This document shows positions 1 through 13,120 of a stretch of 48,461 nucleotides of DNA, piece after piece. The notes below the pieces were generated by a model that saw nothing but the letters and a program-made list of their open reading frames with translations, did not search any database and had not been told where the DNA came from. The stretch spans positions 1 to 48,461 of the forward strand of contig JAHBMJ010000408.1 in NCBI GenBank assembly GCA_018398765.1, written 5' to 3'. The stretch's first letter is position 1. Each line of letters opens with the position of its first letter. The stretch is from Chromera velia (Eukaryota). A program made the translations under genes and the position numbers.

Positions 1-89
<89 letters not shown>
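1..89. repeat. (AG)n microsatellite
   Basis: Near-perfect AG dinucleotide run. Confidence 0.95.
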
Positions 90-92
<3 letters not shown>

Positions 93-336
93 TCAACCAG
101 ACAAGAAAAGGGTGAAGCAACAATTAGTGAGAGGAGGGGTCACCATCAAGAAAGAGAGAAAATTAGTCGGATTGGCTTTAACCGCTTGGAGAAGGAATCA
201 GAGATCGGGAGGGATGGAAAGAGCACTAAAGAAGAAAGACTGAACGGAACGCATCAGAAGTAGAATGGAGCGGGACGGACCGAAGGGACAAAGAAGGGGG
301 GAGGGAGAATGAAGGGACGGAAGAAGGAGGAAAAGG

Positions 337-388
<52 letters not shown>

Positions 389-450
389 GGAAAAGAGAGA
401 AGAAAGAAGAGAAGGGGTGCCGAATCGGAAAGCTTCCATGGAAGACTGAC

Positions 451-3400
451 TCGCCCGCGAAAGACAAGCTCATCATTTGTGCGTTCTCTCCCTTTGCAGC
501 CGCATCAGACGAGTCAGAGTACCCCAACGACCCAGGCAGATGCTGCAAAGTCATTCTCAACGCTCCATCAAAGTTGGTGAAGAACTCTGTCCACCTCGTG
601 CGGGTCATGAAGGAGCTGAGAGGTCTCTGGAACTTTAGAGGGACTGCTCCATCAAACTTCTCTTTCTTCCCAGGCCTCCCCTCCATCCCTGCGAGTTTCG
701 ACGTATCCCACCAGAAGTCAAGGGTCTCTTTGTTGAACTCTCCAAAGATCTGCACTCACTCACACGCACAGTGACTAGCTCAATCAGGGAGAGAGGGAAG
801 GAAGGAAGGCCCCAATTTAAATTCCAATTGAAGGATACTCATACGCTCACGGGGAGGGGCACTTTCAAAGAAAGCGCACTTGAAACAAACGAAGGGCCTC
901 ATGCCCCTTTTTCTGGAGTGGAAGACAGAAGGGAGGGACACTGAGGAAAAATCGGGAAGGGGGAAGAGCACTAACTCATTGCATGCAGGAAAGGTGTGAT
1001 AGAAATCATGTAAACCAGTTCTTCATTTCCCGTAGGCATACCGGTTGGCTGGCTTCAAATTGCAGAGCAGGGGAGGTGAGGAAGAGGGAGAAGTCGTCTG
1101 TCTCGATCGAGAAGGGCGACATCTCATCAGCCTCAGCAGCAGAGGAAGGGGGGTCTTTTGTACCCGGGACTGCAGATTTGTGTCTGTTGATGACCAGAGA
1201 CGACACCTTCTGTCCTGTAAACGCGTCTCCGACTGCCTTCCACATGACGTCACTTCTGGTCTTTTGAATAATCTTCTCGGTCGGGGGTGTTCCTTTTGCA
1301 TCGAGGTTCCCCGATCTTCGCAAGGATTCGCGTCCTGTTTGTTTCATCGTCACCCATTCTTCTGCATTGGTCTCATTGCTTTTGCGTTGGTATTTGACTC
1401 TATCTTCTTCCAAGCGTCGGTTTTGGAGACGGTCTTTCTTCTGAATTAAGCTAGACCTCGTAGATCGGGGGGTGGAGGTGAGTTCTGATTTTGCTCCTGC
1501 AGGGTCACCTTGACATCCACAGCCTTTCTTTGTCTTTTTGCTTTTGTCAAGGCAGTCTTTCTTCGTTTTGTCCTTGACCTTCTGTGTGTGCTGCTGAGAA
1601 AGCTCGAGGAAAGTCTTGTCTTGAGATGGAGGCCGGACTGTCCTCATTCCATCATGGACAAGACCACTCTTTCTACCCCTTCCATCTTTTGAATAGTCTA
1701 TGACCTTCAAGTGGTCGTCCCTGAACTGTTGTGTTTGGGGTATTTTCACTGAAGTCGGAGAAGCTGGGACGAGCTCTAAGAGAGGTGTGTCGTGCAGGTC
1801 GCTTTTCTTGTGGACGTCAGCACGCCAGTCGTGCACTCTGCGGGTTGTGGGCACAGTGAGCCCTGGGCCGTCTGGGTCTGTGCGTAAGCTGGGGCGCCTT
1901 GGGCGTGATTGGGGTCTAGCGTGCCCGACTTGATGGACTCCCGGGTCGTGTGGTGGCTCTACCTGTATGATTGGGGGAGTGAAGAACACATTCGCAGCTT
2001 CTGCTGGAAGCTCGGCTCTTTTTCTCCTGTCCTTTGCAAGCTCTTCAAATGTCTCAATTTCTGTGGTGTAGTTCTTTCGGGGTGCCTTCTTTCTCGCCAG
2101 TGGCTCTCTCTCCCAGTCAATCCTCTTTCTCCATGTGTCCCTGGAGTGTCCCTCTGTGACGACCTGCTTGTGCCATTGGAACCAATCCATTGTGGCATCA
2201 GGAATGTCGAGGTTGAGCAGCCAGAAGGTCTCAGGCTCCAGGGGCACTCTGAAGTTCTGGAGGTGCAGGTTCTTTACGCTGCACACACACGCAGACACGT
2301 ACAGGCTCGCGGGTGGAGTGTACAAAGGCATATGCAGACATCCAAGTTGGCAGGTGGATTTGTGTGGACGAGCCCTGTTTCTGCCTTCCTTGCTTCATGT
2401 ACTCTTCGAATTCGGCTTTTTCGCATGCCCGTTTCCGGTCTGTTTCTCGGACTGTCGGGCTGTCTGCCTATTCGCTTATGTGTCTGTCTTTTCATTGAAA
2501 CCGATGGTGACTTTGTGGAAAGTGTGGCACAGGGTTGAACAAAACTCTGCAGGACGTAAAGCTTCGTCACGATTTCTTGCCTCCCTCAAATCCATGCACT
2601 GACTAGCAGTCCCAGGACGAATGTCTGAAGTTAGCTTATTGCATGGCTGCATGAGCAGCTGATTCACTCACTTCATTTTTGCGTTTTTGTGATGAATGTC
2701 TGCGGATGCGAATCCCGAGTCTGCAGGTCCGTCAGGCTCCATCTGCAGAATTCAGTCAAAAGAAAGAACAAACAAGTTTCAATTGATCCAAATTTGTTGT
2801 AGCATTGCGGTGTCTGTGTTGGAAAAAGGAGGAAATTTTTGTTGCCGGAAGTAAGAAAAAAAGGAGACCAGACAGAAGGCGAGAGAAACGAAAGAAAAGA
2901 AAAGACAAAGACACGAACAACCACCGATCTATTGCCTGACTGACAAGTCTCGCCTTGTTCTCCCAGTTCCCACAAGGAGAGGGGTTGGGTTCAGAGACCA
3001 ACCACCTCATCCAGGGCCAGGGCATTCTCCAGGTCGCCATGGGGGACCCTTCTATGAGGTCTGCGTACAGATTCGGTCTCTCTGCGAGGGGCCCAGTGGG
3101 AGTGGAGGGCCACTTGGTCGTTTCCACAGAGACGATGACGGCCCCATTGGCGAGGGGGCTCGCTCTGTACGTTCAGCAGAGAAGTCAGGAAAATATACCC
3201 ACAGACTTACACACAAGAGCAGCAAGACACAGACATGCACGCACAAATTACAGAGCGTTGTTGAAAAGAAAGGTATACAATTCGATTGCGAAGGGAGGTT
3301 CACGCGGTACAGCAAGGCCGAAAAGTAAAATCTAGAACCTCTGAATGAGGGCAAGAAGGCCGACATGCTGCACGGAAAGAAGACATCAGCCAAATCACCG

Positions 3401-4473
3401 GATGCCGAACAGGCGCCAACGACAAGAAAGAGAGACCCAGTGACGAATTCTTAGGAACAGAAAAAAAGGAATCAGCAGACCTTTCTCACGCACTTCTGCC
3501 TATGCACACAGACAGACCTGAGAAAGAAATAGTTTGCGCCTGCTCGAAGATCACTGTGTAGAACGTATGTGTTGCTTCCCGGACCCTGCACACATCAGCA
3601 CCGAAGAGGGTGCAGCTCTACTTGCTTGCTCTTTTGAGGCCTCTTGTAGCTTGGACACACAGCACCAGAGTGTCCACAAAAGAGACAGACTTCAGACTAA
3701 AAGGACGAGAAAGACACTCACGCAAAGTCTCACATCTGAAGGAATTTATCATCCTGTCTTCACCGACTGACTTTGAATTGCAGTAACAATTTGTTTTGTC
3801 GAGGTGCCGACTGGAGTGCACCATTGTAGATCTCTGCATCCACTGCCCTGTCTTTGTTGACTTTCTGGTCGATCGCATACATGAACTTCAAATTGTACCG
3901 ACCAGGGACCACAGCATACACCCAGAACCCCACACCCCCTCCCTCATTCTCTCCTAGACGAATTCCATGGGGCATCCCAATGTCCTCCGCAGGCATCCAC
4001 ACGGTTTTCGTGCCCGGATAGAGAAACGTGCCGTCCTGACCGGCTCGCAAGTGCATATTCCGGGTACCAATGTACTGCAGAGGGGATCGAGGACAAAGAG
4101 AAATAGGAAGGCGAAAGAGAATGACCTGTCTAGTAACCTCAAGACAAGAACAAACGCCTTCCGAGCAGATCGTGAGAGCAAGAAGAGAAACTGAGAAGCA
4201 GTGAAGCGACCGGAGAAGCCTTCCGCCTCTCTTTCGGTCCCTGCATGTGCGATCGGATTCCTCTTCACTTCTCTCTCCGTCTTCCTCCTCCTTCCTCTTC
4301 TCTCCCTGAGTCTGTTCCCCACTCCACTCGCTCATTCTTTCACTGACCTGTGTAGAGGACCCTCTTTGGATGCCCTGGAGCTTTGCACTCACGTCCTTGT
4401 GGGGCGGCTTTGTGACTGACAGCTCCGCGCTGAAGTACAGGTTCTTTCCCCTAGTATCATCCATTTTGGGGAA
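451..4473 (-). CDS. Multi-exon hypothetical protein; 5' and 3' ends and middle exons unresolved
   Basis: Open exons bounded by AG/GT: 4473-4348, 4074-3772, 3585-3518, about 2279-1042 and 749-451. The 4348/4074, 3772/3585 and 1042/749 joins are all phase 0. Exons between 3400 and 2340 could not be phased unambiguously. No domain recognised. Confidence 0.55.
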
Positions 4474-5414
4474 CTGCGAATGAAGCACGAGGAATGCATT
4501 TATTTCATGTACTGTATGTGGGGGATTTTGAGAAATTGCAGTTGACGCATTCTATGTTCATGGCTTTGTCAGAGCCGAAAAAGACGTTCACCGGCTTTAC
4601 ACCAATTCAATTCAATATGGTGAGAAGAGGGAAGGAAATGAGACAGAGAAAGCTGGTTCTTCTTTTGCCTTCTCAAATTTTAACAGATACACAAGAAGGC
4701 TTCCCCGCCATCAGAATACTAAGCAAAGATACGTTCCATAAAACTGTGTGCCTTCTACCAATGGCAGGATCGCAAGGTTTCATCCTCCCATCTTTCCTTT
4801 TTGTCCAACAAAATGCAGTTAGCAGCGTTTGCTTGCAGCAATGAAATCATTGCAGATATGTATGCACAATCCTTGTACCTATCTGCTCTTCTCAACCCAC
4901 CAGAGCATCCCTTCTGTCGACCAATGTCTGGGAGTACCCGACTTCCTCCTCTTCCCTCCACAAGTCCCAGTCTTCAGATGGGAGGGTCGACAAGTCATCC
5001 TCGTGTCTCTCCACGCTGTGCTCACGGACCCATGAGGACTCCGGTGGGACTCCGGACTTCGCGGGCTCCTCCTTCTTTCGCCTGTCAATCTCCCTTTTGA
5101 ACCCCTCAACCAAGGCGGGGAAGTTCCCAACGACCTGGGAAGGAAAGGGGGCAGAGGGGAGGAAGGGAAGAAGTCGGGAAGAGAAGACAGACAGGTGATC
5201 GAGATGGGAACTGAAGAGAGGCTCTCGGTCGTCCCATGCATCTGAGATGAATATGAAAAGCCGTTTGGGCCTGGATTTTAGCACTTGGGTTGTGGGAAAA
5301 AGGGGTTTTCTCGTAGTCACATTCAGCATGTTCCCAACACCATGCATGCACGCAGACTTTCTTTGTTTGTTTGTAGCCCTTTCTGTTCTGTTCTGTCTGG
5401 CTGTTTGACATCAA

Positions 5415-7995
5415 TCAAAGAGCTTCAAACATTTCCTTCCTCAAGGCATCAACGTCTCCGTACTTGCTAGACTGCATGACTGAGTTCCATGTGAATGGTT
5501 TCTTTACTGTCCCCCGTCATGCACACATGGAGCTCTGCTTGACCGGCCCTGTGACTGGCTGACTGATTGAATGAATGACTGTGTGACTGACTGACTGAAT
5601 GACTGCGTGACTGACTGACTGGCTGAATGAATGACTGAATGACTGTGTGGCTGACTGAATGAATGACTCTGTGGCTGACTGACTGACTGACTGTGTGACT
5701 GTTTGACTGACTGACTGACTGTGTGACTGTTTGACTGACGTAGCTGCTTGAGTTCGGAATGGTGAGGTATGCATCGATTGGCGCCCCAGGGTATCTCTGT
5801 TGTGCCTTGAGGTGCATTGAGAGAGAAAAGTCGACGTTGTTCTCTCCCAGGGCCTTGGTAGCGTGCTTAGCTGCCATCTCGACTTGGCGCTTCACGTCCC
5901 TGCAAGCATCCCGTCTCATCGTGTCACAAAGACAGAGCTGGAGTGAGAGCATGACGATACTCCGCTGGCAAAACTTGCTACCTCGATATGCATTTCTTCC
6001 CTTTTTTCCTCCTTCCCTCCCTCTTTCTCCGTGTCCATCTATCTATCTATCTATCTATCTATCTGACCTCTCGAAAGCTTCGTCTTCCTCGATGAGTTTG
6101 GAGACCCTGTCGTACTCCTCCTCGTTCAGGGCATCCTCGAAGACATCCTCGTCATCCTCGAAGTCGAGACCGTCTGCTGACTCGAATTCGGCCGTTGTCG
6201 TACTGCAGTCAAGTGATTGATTGCATCAATGATTAGCAGGAGAGGGGAAGGAGAGTGGAAGTTCAAAAGATCAGAAAGCAGAGGCAGAAGGAAGTGATAA
6301 GAGGGAGTAGGTAGGAGAACCAAAAACACGTAAGCCAAGAAGGGCGGGAGGGGGGCAAAGAAAGGGAGGGTGCAACAAAAATGCATGACGCCGGGCACAT
6401 AGACAGAAAAGGAGGGATGCTGACAAGAAAAGAAAGAAATGTGCATTTGAGATGAACCGCAAAACCAGAGTTGTCAACTCAGGGAGATCCAAGGCACTCA
6501 CCCCGCATCAGTGCCCCCTTCGAATTGTTCCTGTGGATTTGTTTGGAATTGGTCCTTTACTGTTTTCACCATTTGAAGCACATCCTCCACAAACCACCTG
6601 ACAAATTTCTTCACATACGTCTGGGGTTGGAGGTACCATTTCAGCATCTTCACTGCGGTGTCTGGAATGAGAAAGGGTTCTGACTTCAGCACAAGGACGG
6701 GAAACTCCGTCTCCGAATAATCAAACCCCCCATCCTCTGTTCTCTCTACAAATCCCTGTGTGAGAAACCTGAGTGTTACCTGGAAGCAGAGAGGCAAGTG
6801 GAACCAAGCATCGAGTGAGTGCGAAAAAAGTTCGGCCACGTTGAGAGACGTCCCTTTGTGATTGCATGAATCAATTAGGGAGTGTTTGCGTCGGCTTCTC
6901 TTTATACAGGGTGGCTCCGTCTACAAGAAGAGGAACACGCGAGCAGACAGAGAAATGGATAAAGAAAGAAATGAACCACGAAAGTATTTCGCACAGCACA
7001 CCCACAAAAAGAAATTGCCCCCAAAGGAAATGAAACGAACCTTCAAGTTTTCCTGCCGTAGCCGAAGGAGCCATGTGGACCAACTGGCAAGCCACCCCTT
7101 CAGAGAGCTTCCATGGATCGTCAGACCCTCTGCACCAACCGCACACAGGCATGTAGACGGTCATGTGTTAAGAAGGCGTGCAATAGATGTGTAGATGGGA
7201 CAATGAAGATCAGCACGAGGGCCTTCCGAAATAAAGCTGGTGCTACCCGCTGACTTTTTCTGAGGCTTGCACACAGCCCACAACAAAGACCTTCTCCACT
7301 CCCCCTCCATAGCTCTCCCCCTTCATTTCCATCTGCCATCCTCCCCACCCTTCTTGCGGTACCTCCATCTTCCCCTCTTTTTTTCCCAACTCCAACTTGA
7401 CGTTCTGCGCTTATTCGTTCCTCTTTTCCATTTGCCTTTCCTGAATGCAGTCCTCTGCCTTCTGTGCAGTCTGAAGGATCTCTCCACCTGCGTAAACCGC
7501 TACCTGCACGCAGCACGGTCCCGCCAAACTGACCGAAGTTCACCGTCAGCTCTGCAGGCTCTCCGGGATGTTCCCCTGTCATAAACCAGGCCCACTTGTC
7601 TTTGCTGCAGCAAAGGGCATATCAAACACAAACAGAATGTCTTTGACCGACACACAAACTCTCCAAGGCAGAAACCTGATGCCAGAGAAGTCGGCTGACC
7701 TGACACGGCCAAAGAGAAGACGCGCGTCTGCCTTCTCCAGCTGCATGCTTTGGGCACCTAACTGTAGCGTGCCGCCTGCGAGGTTGAGTCGAACTTTGAT
7801 CTCTTTCTTCGTCAGCATGGAGAAGTGACCGTCCAGTTTCTGCTGTCCCATGCATTTTTCCCTATTGCTTTCGTACCACGTGGACTTTCTTTGAGGCGTC
7901 TCCGACTCTTTCACTTCGCCACTTGGCTTTGCGGAGAGGCCAAGAGCCATGCAGATAGGTAAAAGAAGGAGCAGAAACATGTTCAGAGTGTTCAT
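5415..7995 (-). CDS. Hypothetical protein with predicted signal peptide, about 397 aa, 7 exons
   Basis: Exons 7995-7700, 7604-7504, 7129-7041, 6779-6502, 6202-6068, 5977-5740 and 5471-5415 join in frame through GT-AG introns and end at TGA. N-terminus MNTLNMFLLLLLPICMALG is hydrophobic; acidic patch DFEDDEDVFEDALNEEE. Confidence 0.7.
5550..5739 (-). repeat. Intronic (GTCA)n/(TTCA)n microsatellite starting at the splice donor
   Basis: Minus strand reads GTCAGTCAAACAGTCACACAGTCAGTCAG... from the intron start at 5739. Confidence 0.85.
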
Positions 7996-8416
7996 TATCA
8001 AGAGAAGTACAATCTATTTCATGGGCGTTAGGTTGTCTCGGCACACGGCTGACTCCCTCGACTGCATGTACTGATAAGTCTCTAAGCAGATTGATGCATA
8101 CAAGGACGTCTCCTTGAGGCGGACTGCATCCGTTGCCCTGCGCGTCCTTGACTTCACCTGATGTAAGAGGAACGTCTTTCCAGGAATTGAAGCGTCGGTT
8201 TCTCTTTCCATAAGGCTGTCTGTACAGCAGCTACTGCAGCCACAAACTCTTTTGCGGAACGGTGCTTAATTGCAGTGGAAGCAGGTGCATGCATGCATTT
8301 TGAAAATGAAACATAAAAAAAAATCGCGACTCGAGCACATACATGCAGCTGCCAGCCGCAGCCATATAGCCAGCCAGCTCCGATCCTTAATTGCACCGCA
8401 CCCCGACCCCCTCTAC

Positions 8417-8511
8417 GGTGCAAATCGAGGCCCGGCAGTGGACCGCGGGGCAACCCGAAACATAAATCCTATCCTAATCCTATCATCAATCCACCTAAAT
8501 CCTACAATCCC
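8417..8511 (+). repeat. Short dispersed repeat with (A)ATCCT tandem tail, possible 5'-truncated non-LTR retroelement
   Basis: GGTGCAA..GGCAGTGGACCGCGGGG..CCCG..ATAAATCCTATCC shared with 23693-23760. Confidence 0.6.
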
Positions 8512-9151
8512 TGTCAGATTCAGAACAGATGGGACGAACCGGAACCTTTTGACAGACTAGGCTAGATCCGCCCCTCATACACGGGGACGCGGCATGCATA
8601 ACAAAAACCTCAATCAAATCCCTGTCCGAATTTTTACCTGGAAAATAAATTCGGTCTTGTCCTACATATATAGTCCTACACCCTAACACCTTAAAAACAC
8701 ATATGGGTACATATGGGGACACAACATACATAACGATCATCATTTTAAACCCGTTACATACAGACAGGTGGTGTCATGCATCTAAACGCTTTCCCTGGAA
8801 ACCATATACCATATTGGGAAGGCCTCAGGCATGGAAACAATCGATCAGTCAATCACTAAATCAATCAAACAATCAATCAATCATCTTTAAAGTAGAACGT
8901 AAGACTTTGTTATAATAACCATTCGTAACATAATGCTACTACAATATTCACAGCTAACAACTACGCTGACGAATCAATAAACAAAATATATATATACACA
9001 TATATATTAATATAAACCACGTACATATAAAAATATCATTGAAGAATAAAACATCGAGCGAACAAACAAAAAGGAGAAAGAGAAAGAGAGACAGACTATA
9101 CGGTTTTCCTCTTCTTGCTTTCCTTCTCTTGTCTGAAACACCGACACCGAA

Positions 9152-9155
<4 letters not shown>

Positions 9156-9190
<35 letters not shown>

Positions 9191-9279
9191 AAGAACGAAC
9201 GAACGAACGAACGAACGAACGACAGAAAGACAGAAAGACAGAAAGACAGAAAGACAGAAAGACAGAAAGAAAGAAAGAC

Positions 9280-9318
<39 letters not shown>

Positions 9319-9473
9319 GAGAAAGAAAAGAAAGAAAGAAAAAAAGAAAAGAAAGAAAAGAAAAGAAAGAAACGAAAGAAAGGAAAAGAAGAAAGAAAGA
9401 AAGAAACAAAGAAAGAAAGAAACAAAGAAACAAAAAAACAAAGAAAGAAAGAAACGAAGAAAGAAAGAAAAAA

Positions 9474-9517
<44 letters not shown>

Positions 9518-9526
9518 AAAGAAAGA

Positions 9527-9565
<39 letters not shown>

Positions 9566-10040
9566 AAAAAGAAACAAACAAAAGAAAGAAACAAAAAGAA
9601 AGAAAGAAAGAAAGAAAGAAAAGAAAGAAAGAAAGAAAAAGAAAGAAAGAAAGGAAGAAAGAAAGAAAAGAAAAAAAAAAAGAAAGAAAGAAAGAAAGAA
9701 AGAAAAGATAGAAAGAAAGAAACAAAGAAAGAAAGAAAGAAAGAAAAAGAACACGAAAAAAAGAAAAAGAACAAGCGAGCAAGGAAGGAAGGAAGGGAAG
9801 GAAGGAAGGAAGGAAGGAAGGAAGGAAAGAAGGAAAGAAGGAAAGAAGGAAAGAAGGAAAGAAGGAAAGAAGGAAAGAAGGAAAGAAGGAAAGAAGGAAG
9901 GAAGGAAGGGAAGGAAGGAAGGAAGGAAGGGAAGGAAGGAAGGAAGGAAGGGAAGGAAGGAAGGAAGGAAGGAAGGGAAGGAAGGAAGGAAGGAAGGAAG
10001 GAAGGAAAGGAAGGAAGGAAGGAAGGAAGGAGGGAAGGAA
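9156..10040. repeat. Compound polypurine microsatellite (AG, GAAC, GACA, GAAA, GGAA)
   Basis: About 0.9 kb almost purely A/G on the + strand. Confidence 0.95.
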
Positions 10041-10581
10041 AGAACGAAAGAAGAGCGGGAAGGAAAGAAAGCAGAGAAAGAAAACAGAGAAAAACAAACA
10101 GAGCAGAAAAAAAGACCGTATCTCAAAATGCACGTGTGAGGATCACACACCAGGGAAGAAAACTTGACCCCTCCTTTTATTCCAGGTTCGGTTTGTTTAT
10201 TTTCTGTTCAATCTGAATGCTTGGAGGGTCTTCACACTCTCCTCACGGGCACTGCATTCCACGAGCGCTCAGTGTGTCCCTCCTCGTCTCCTTCAGTTCG
10301 ATGAACTGTCGCGTCAAGCACAGACTCCGTCTGCCTGTCACGCTCGTGAGAAGGGTAAAGCACTCTCTCTCCTTCATGTAGAAATCCTTGCGGATAGAGC
10401 CTTGGAATATTTCCGCCCTCTCCAAATGATTTTCTTTTCTTTCTTAAGGGATCCTGATGGATTCATGAGGGCAGCTGGGCACCGCACCCCTTGTCTTCCC
10501 TTCCTCCCTCTCGGCCCGTGCTCTTCCGTCCCGTCCCTTCACTTCATTGTTCGTTCGAAGCAAGCAGATGGGGGAACGCGT

Positions 10582-10961
10582 TTAGACGTTCTGGGAGTTG
10601 GGTCCCTTCTTCTTGCCGGGTCCGTCAACCTTGTTGACGAAGCGGCGGTTGTACTGGAAGCGCTTCTTCGCACGTCCAGTGGGCCTCTTCTTCTTCTCGG
10701 CCTTCTGAACCTTGGGGGTCTGGTTCTTGACCTTTCCTGCACGCAGAAACCAGGTACAGAGCGACGTGATCAATACAATAAGCCCAGAGGTAGAGCGGAG
10801 GCTATGCCACAAAGATAGGCAGACAGACTGACCCGCACGCGCCAAAGATCCGTGGACTTTTCCTGCAGGGAGAAGGGCAAAGGGGAGGAAGGAAAACAGG
10901 GTTCAGTGAAGGATGACATGATCAAGAAGCGAGCGGGAGCGAGAGAGATGGACTTACCCAT
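10582..10961 (-). CDS. RPS30: 40S ribosomal protein S30 (eS30), 62 aa, 3 exons
   Basis: Exons 10961-10958, 10862-10833 and 10736-10582 give [21 protein letters not shown]...[10 protein letters not shown]...GPNSQNV; no ubiquitin-like fusion. Confidence 0.97.
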
Positions 10962-11333
10962 TGTTGCGACCTTCAATGAGAGAGGGGGCAGGCGTCAGGT
11001 TCAGAGATGGTGAGATCGTTCGGTTTTCGGCTGCAGTCTCCGTGCGTGAACCGATTTCCAGGACACTTACACACCGCGCCGTTCCTGGTGCATGGCCCCG
11101 GAAGGCAATTTTTGAGCCTGCATGGTGCGCTCGGTGCGCCACGAGCGCCTTGACATGCCTTGACAAAAAAAAAAAAATCTCCCGCCCGTGCGAGAGTGGT
11201 GCGCTTCGCGCGCCACCCTGAATATTTCGTGACTTGGTGGAAGGCGTGGGAAAACGAGGGAAACCGCTCGGTCCACCAGGTGCTGGATTGTTTTGTCGTC
11301 TTCCCTCCTGTCGAGCCATACGATTTGCCCAAG
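10962..11333. promoter_or_regulatory. Probable bidirectional promoter and 5' UTRs of RPS30 and RPL21
   Basis: 372 bp between divergent start codons; CpG-rich; two TGCATG motifs near 11089 and 11119. Confidence 0.65.
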
Positions 11334-11900
11334 ATGCCGCACTCGTTTGGATACAGGGCGCGCACCCGCAATAAGTTCCAGAAGGGCTACAAGCAGAAGG
11401 GTCTCCCCTCTGTGGGACGGTACCTCACCGTCTTCAAGAAGGGAGACTATGTCGACATCAAGGTCGACCCTTCTATCCACAAGGGTATGCCCTACCAGTA
11501 CTACCACGGGCGTACCGGCCTTGTCTTCAACGTGACTCAGACCTCGATCGGTGTCGCGGTGAAGAAGGTCGTGGGGAACAGGGAGATCCTCAAGCGCATT
11601 CACGTGCGTTCCGAGCATCTGCGCAAGTCTCGCTGCAACGAGGATTTCATTTCTCGTGTCAGAGAGAACGACGCAAAGAGAGCAGAGGCCAAGAAGAGGG
11701 GCGAGAAGCTGGTTCTCAAGCGTTCCACTGGACAGCCCAAGGGATCGTCAGTCGCTTCGCTTTCCTTTGCCCCGCCGTTTTTGGTTTCCCCCGAATCGTG
11801 TCTTTGAATCTTTGCTTATCCTTTTGCTTGCAGTGAGACCGTTATCCCCAACAAGCCCATCGAGACCTTCGCGCCCATCAAGTTCGTTGAGAACTTCTAA
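11334..11900 (+). CDS. RPL21: 60S ribosomal protein L21 (eL21), 159 aa, 2 exons
   Basis: Exons 11334-11746 and 11834-11900; MPHSFGYRARTR, GDYVDIK, HKGMPY..YHGRTG and KRIHVR.EH motifs; ends at TAA. Confidence 0.97.
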
Positions 11901-12289
11901 ACGCGATCGATTGAAATTGGGTGAACTTGCGGCAATCATCGGGCAATTGAATCTGGACAGAATAGGCATGCTTCTCAAAACAAACCACTAACCTGTTCTG
12001 TTCAGAAATTAGAAGAGAATGCATCATTTCATCTCCCATCAATGTCTACTTTTTTCTTTGGTCATTGGGGTTTTGCTGCTCATATTTCTACCTTCCACGT
12101 AGCAGATCCACTTCTGTCTGTTCACTTTGGGATTCTCACATGCAGGGTGTGCTCTTTCCGCTTCTTTCTATGCTCTACTACGGTCATAACGGGGGTTCTC
12201 TCTCCAACATCTTGCCCCTGGCCGGATGTCTCTTTTCCTTCTTGAATCTTTCTATGAGAGAGACAGGGAGCGAGGCTGCTTGTGTCTGT

Positions 12290-12309
12290 ATGCGAGGGTG
12301 TGTCTGTGC

Positions 12310-12352
<43 letters not shown>

Positions 12353-12584
12353 TGTTTGTGTGCGTGTGTCTGTGTGTGTTCGTGTTTGTGAGTGTGAGTG
12401 TGAGTGTGAGTGTGTCTGTGTGTGTTCGTGTTTGTGAGTGTGAGTGTGAGTGAGGGTGAGTGTGTGGGTGAGTGTGAGGGTGAGGGAGTGAGTGAGTGAG
12501 TGAGTGAGTGAGTGAGTGTGAGTGTGTGTGTCTGTGCGTGCGCGCGTGCGTGCGTGCGTGTGACTGAGTGTCTGGGTGACTGCG

Positions 12585-12654
<70 letters not shown>

Positions 12655-13120
12655 TGTCTGTGTCTGTGTCTGTGTCTCTCTCTCTCTCTCCCCCCCTCTC
12701 TCTCTCTGTGTGTCTCTCTGTGTGTGTGTGTGTGTGTGTGTGTGACAGAAAGACAAAGGGACACCCACAGCAAGCCAGCCAGCCACCCACCCACCCACCC
12801 ACCAGCACCCACGCACACGATCTCTCTCTCTCTCCCTCCCCCTCCCCCTCCCCCTCTCCCTCTCCCTCTCCCTCNNNNNNNNNNNNNNNNNNNNNNNNNN
12901 NNNNNNNNNNNNNNNNNNNNNNNNNNNNNNNNNNNNNNNNNNNNNNNNNNNNNNNNNNNNNNNNNNNNNNNNNNNNNNNNNNNNNNNNNNNNNNNNNNNN
13001 NNNNNNNNNNNNNNNNNNNNNNNNNNNNNNNNNNNNNNNNNNNNNNNNNNNNNNNNNNNNNNNNNNNNNNNNNCTCTCTCTCTCTCTCTCCCTCTCTCTC
13101 TCTCTCCCCCCCTCTCCCTC
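12290..13120. repeat. Compound microsatellite cluster (GT, GA, GTGA, GTCT, CT) spanning an assembly gap
   Basis: Simple repeats on both sides of the N run 12875-13073. Confidence 0.95.

Noticed and set aside
8286..8297. TGCATGCA as a specific ApiAP2 promoter site
   Set aside because: The same word is common in introns and LTRs in this window, so enrichment cannot be claimed
8954..10150. Long Lys/Glu/Arg-rich and Phe/Leu/Ser-rich ORFs
   Set aside because: Translations of a stop-free purine microsatellite, open in several frames
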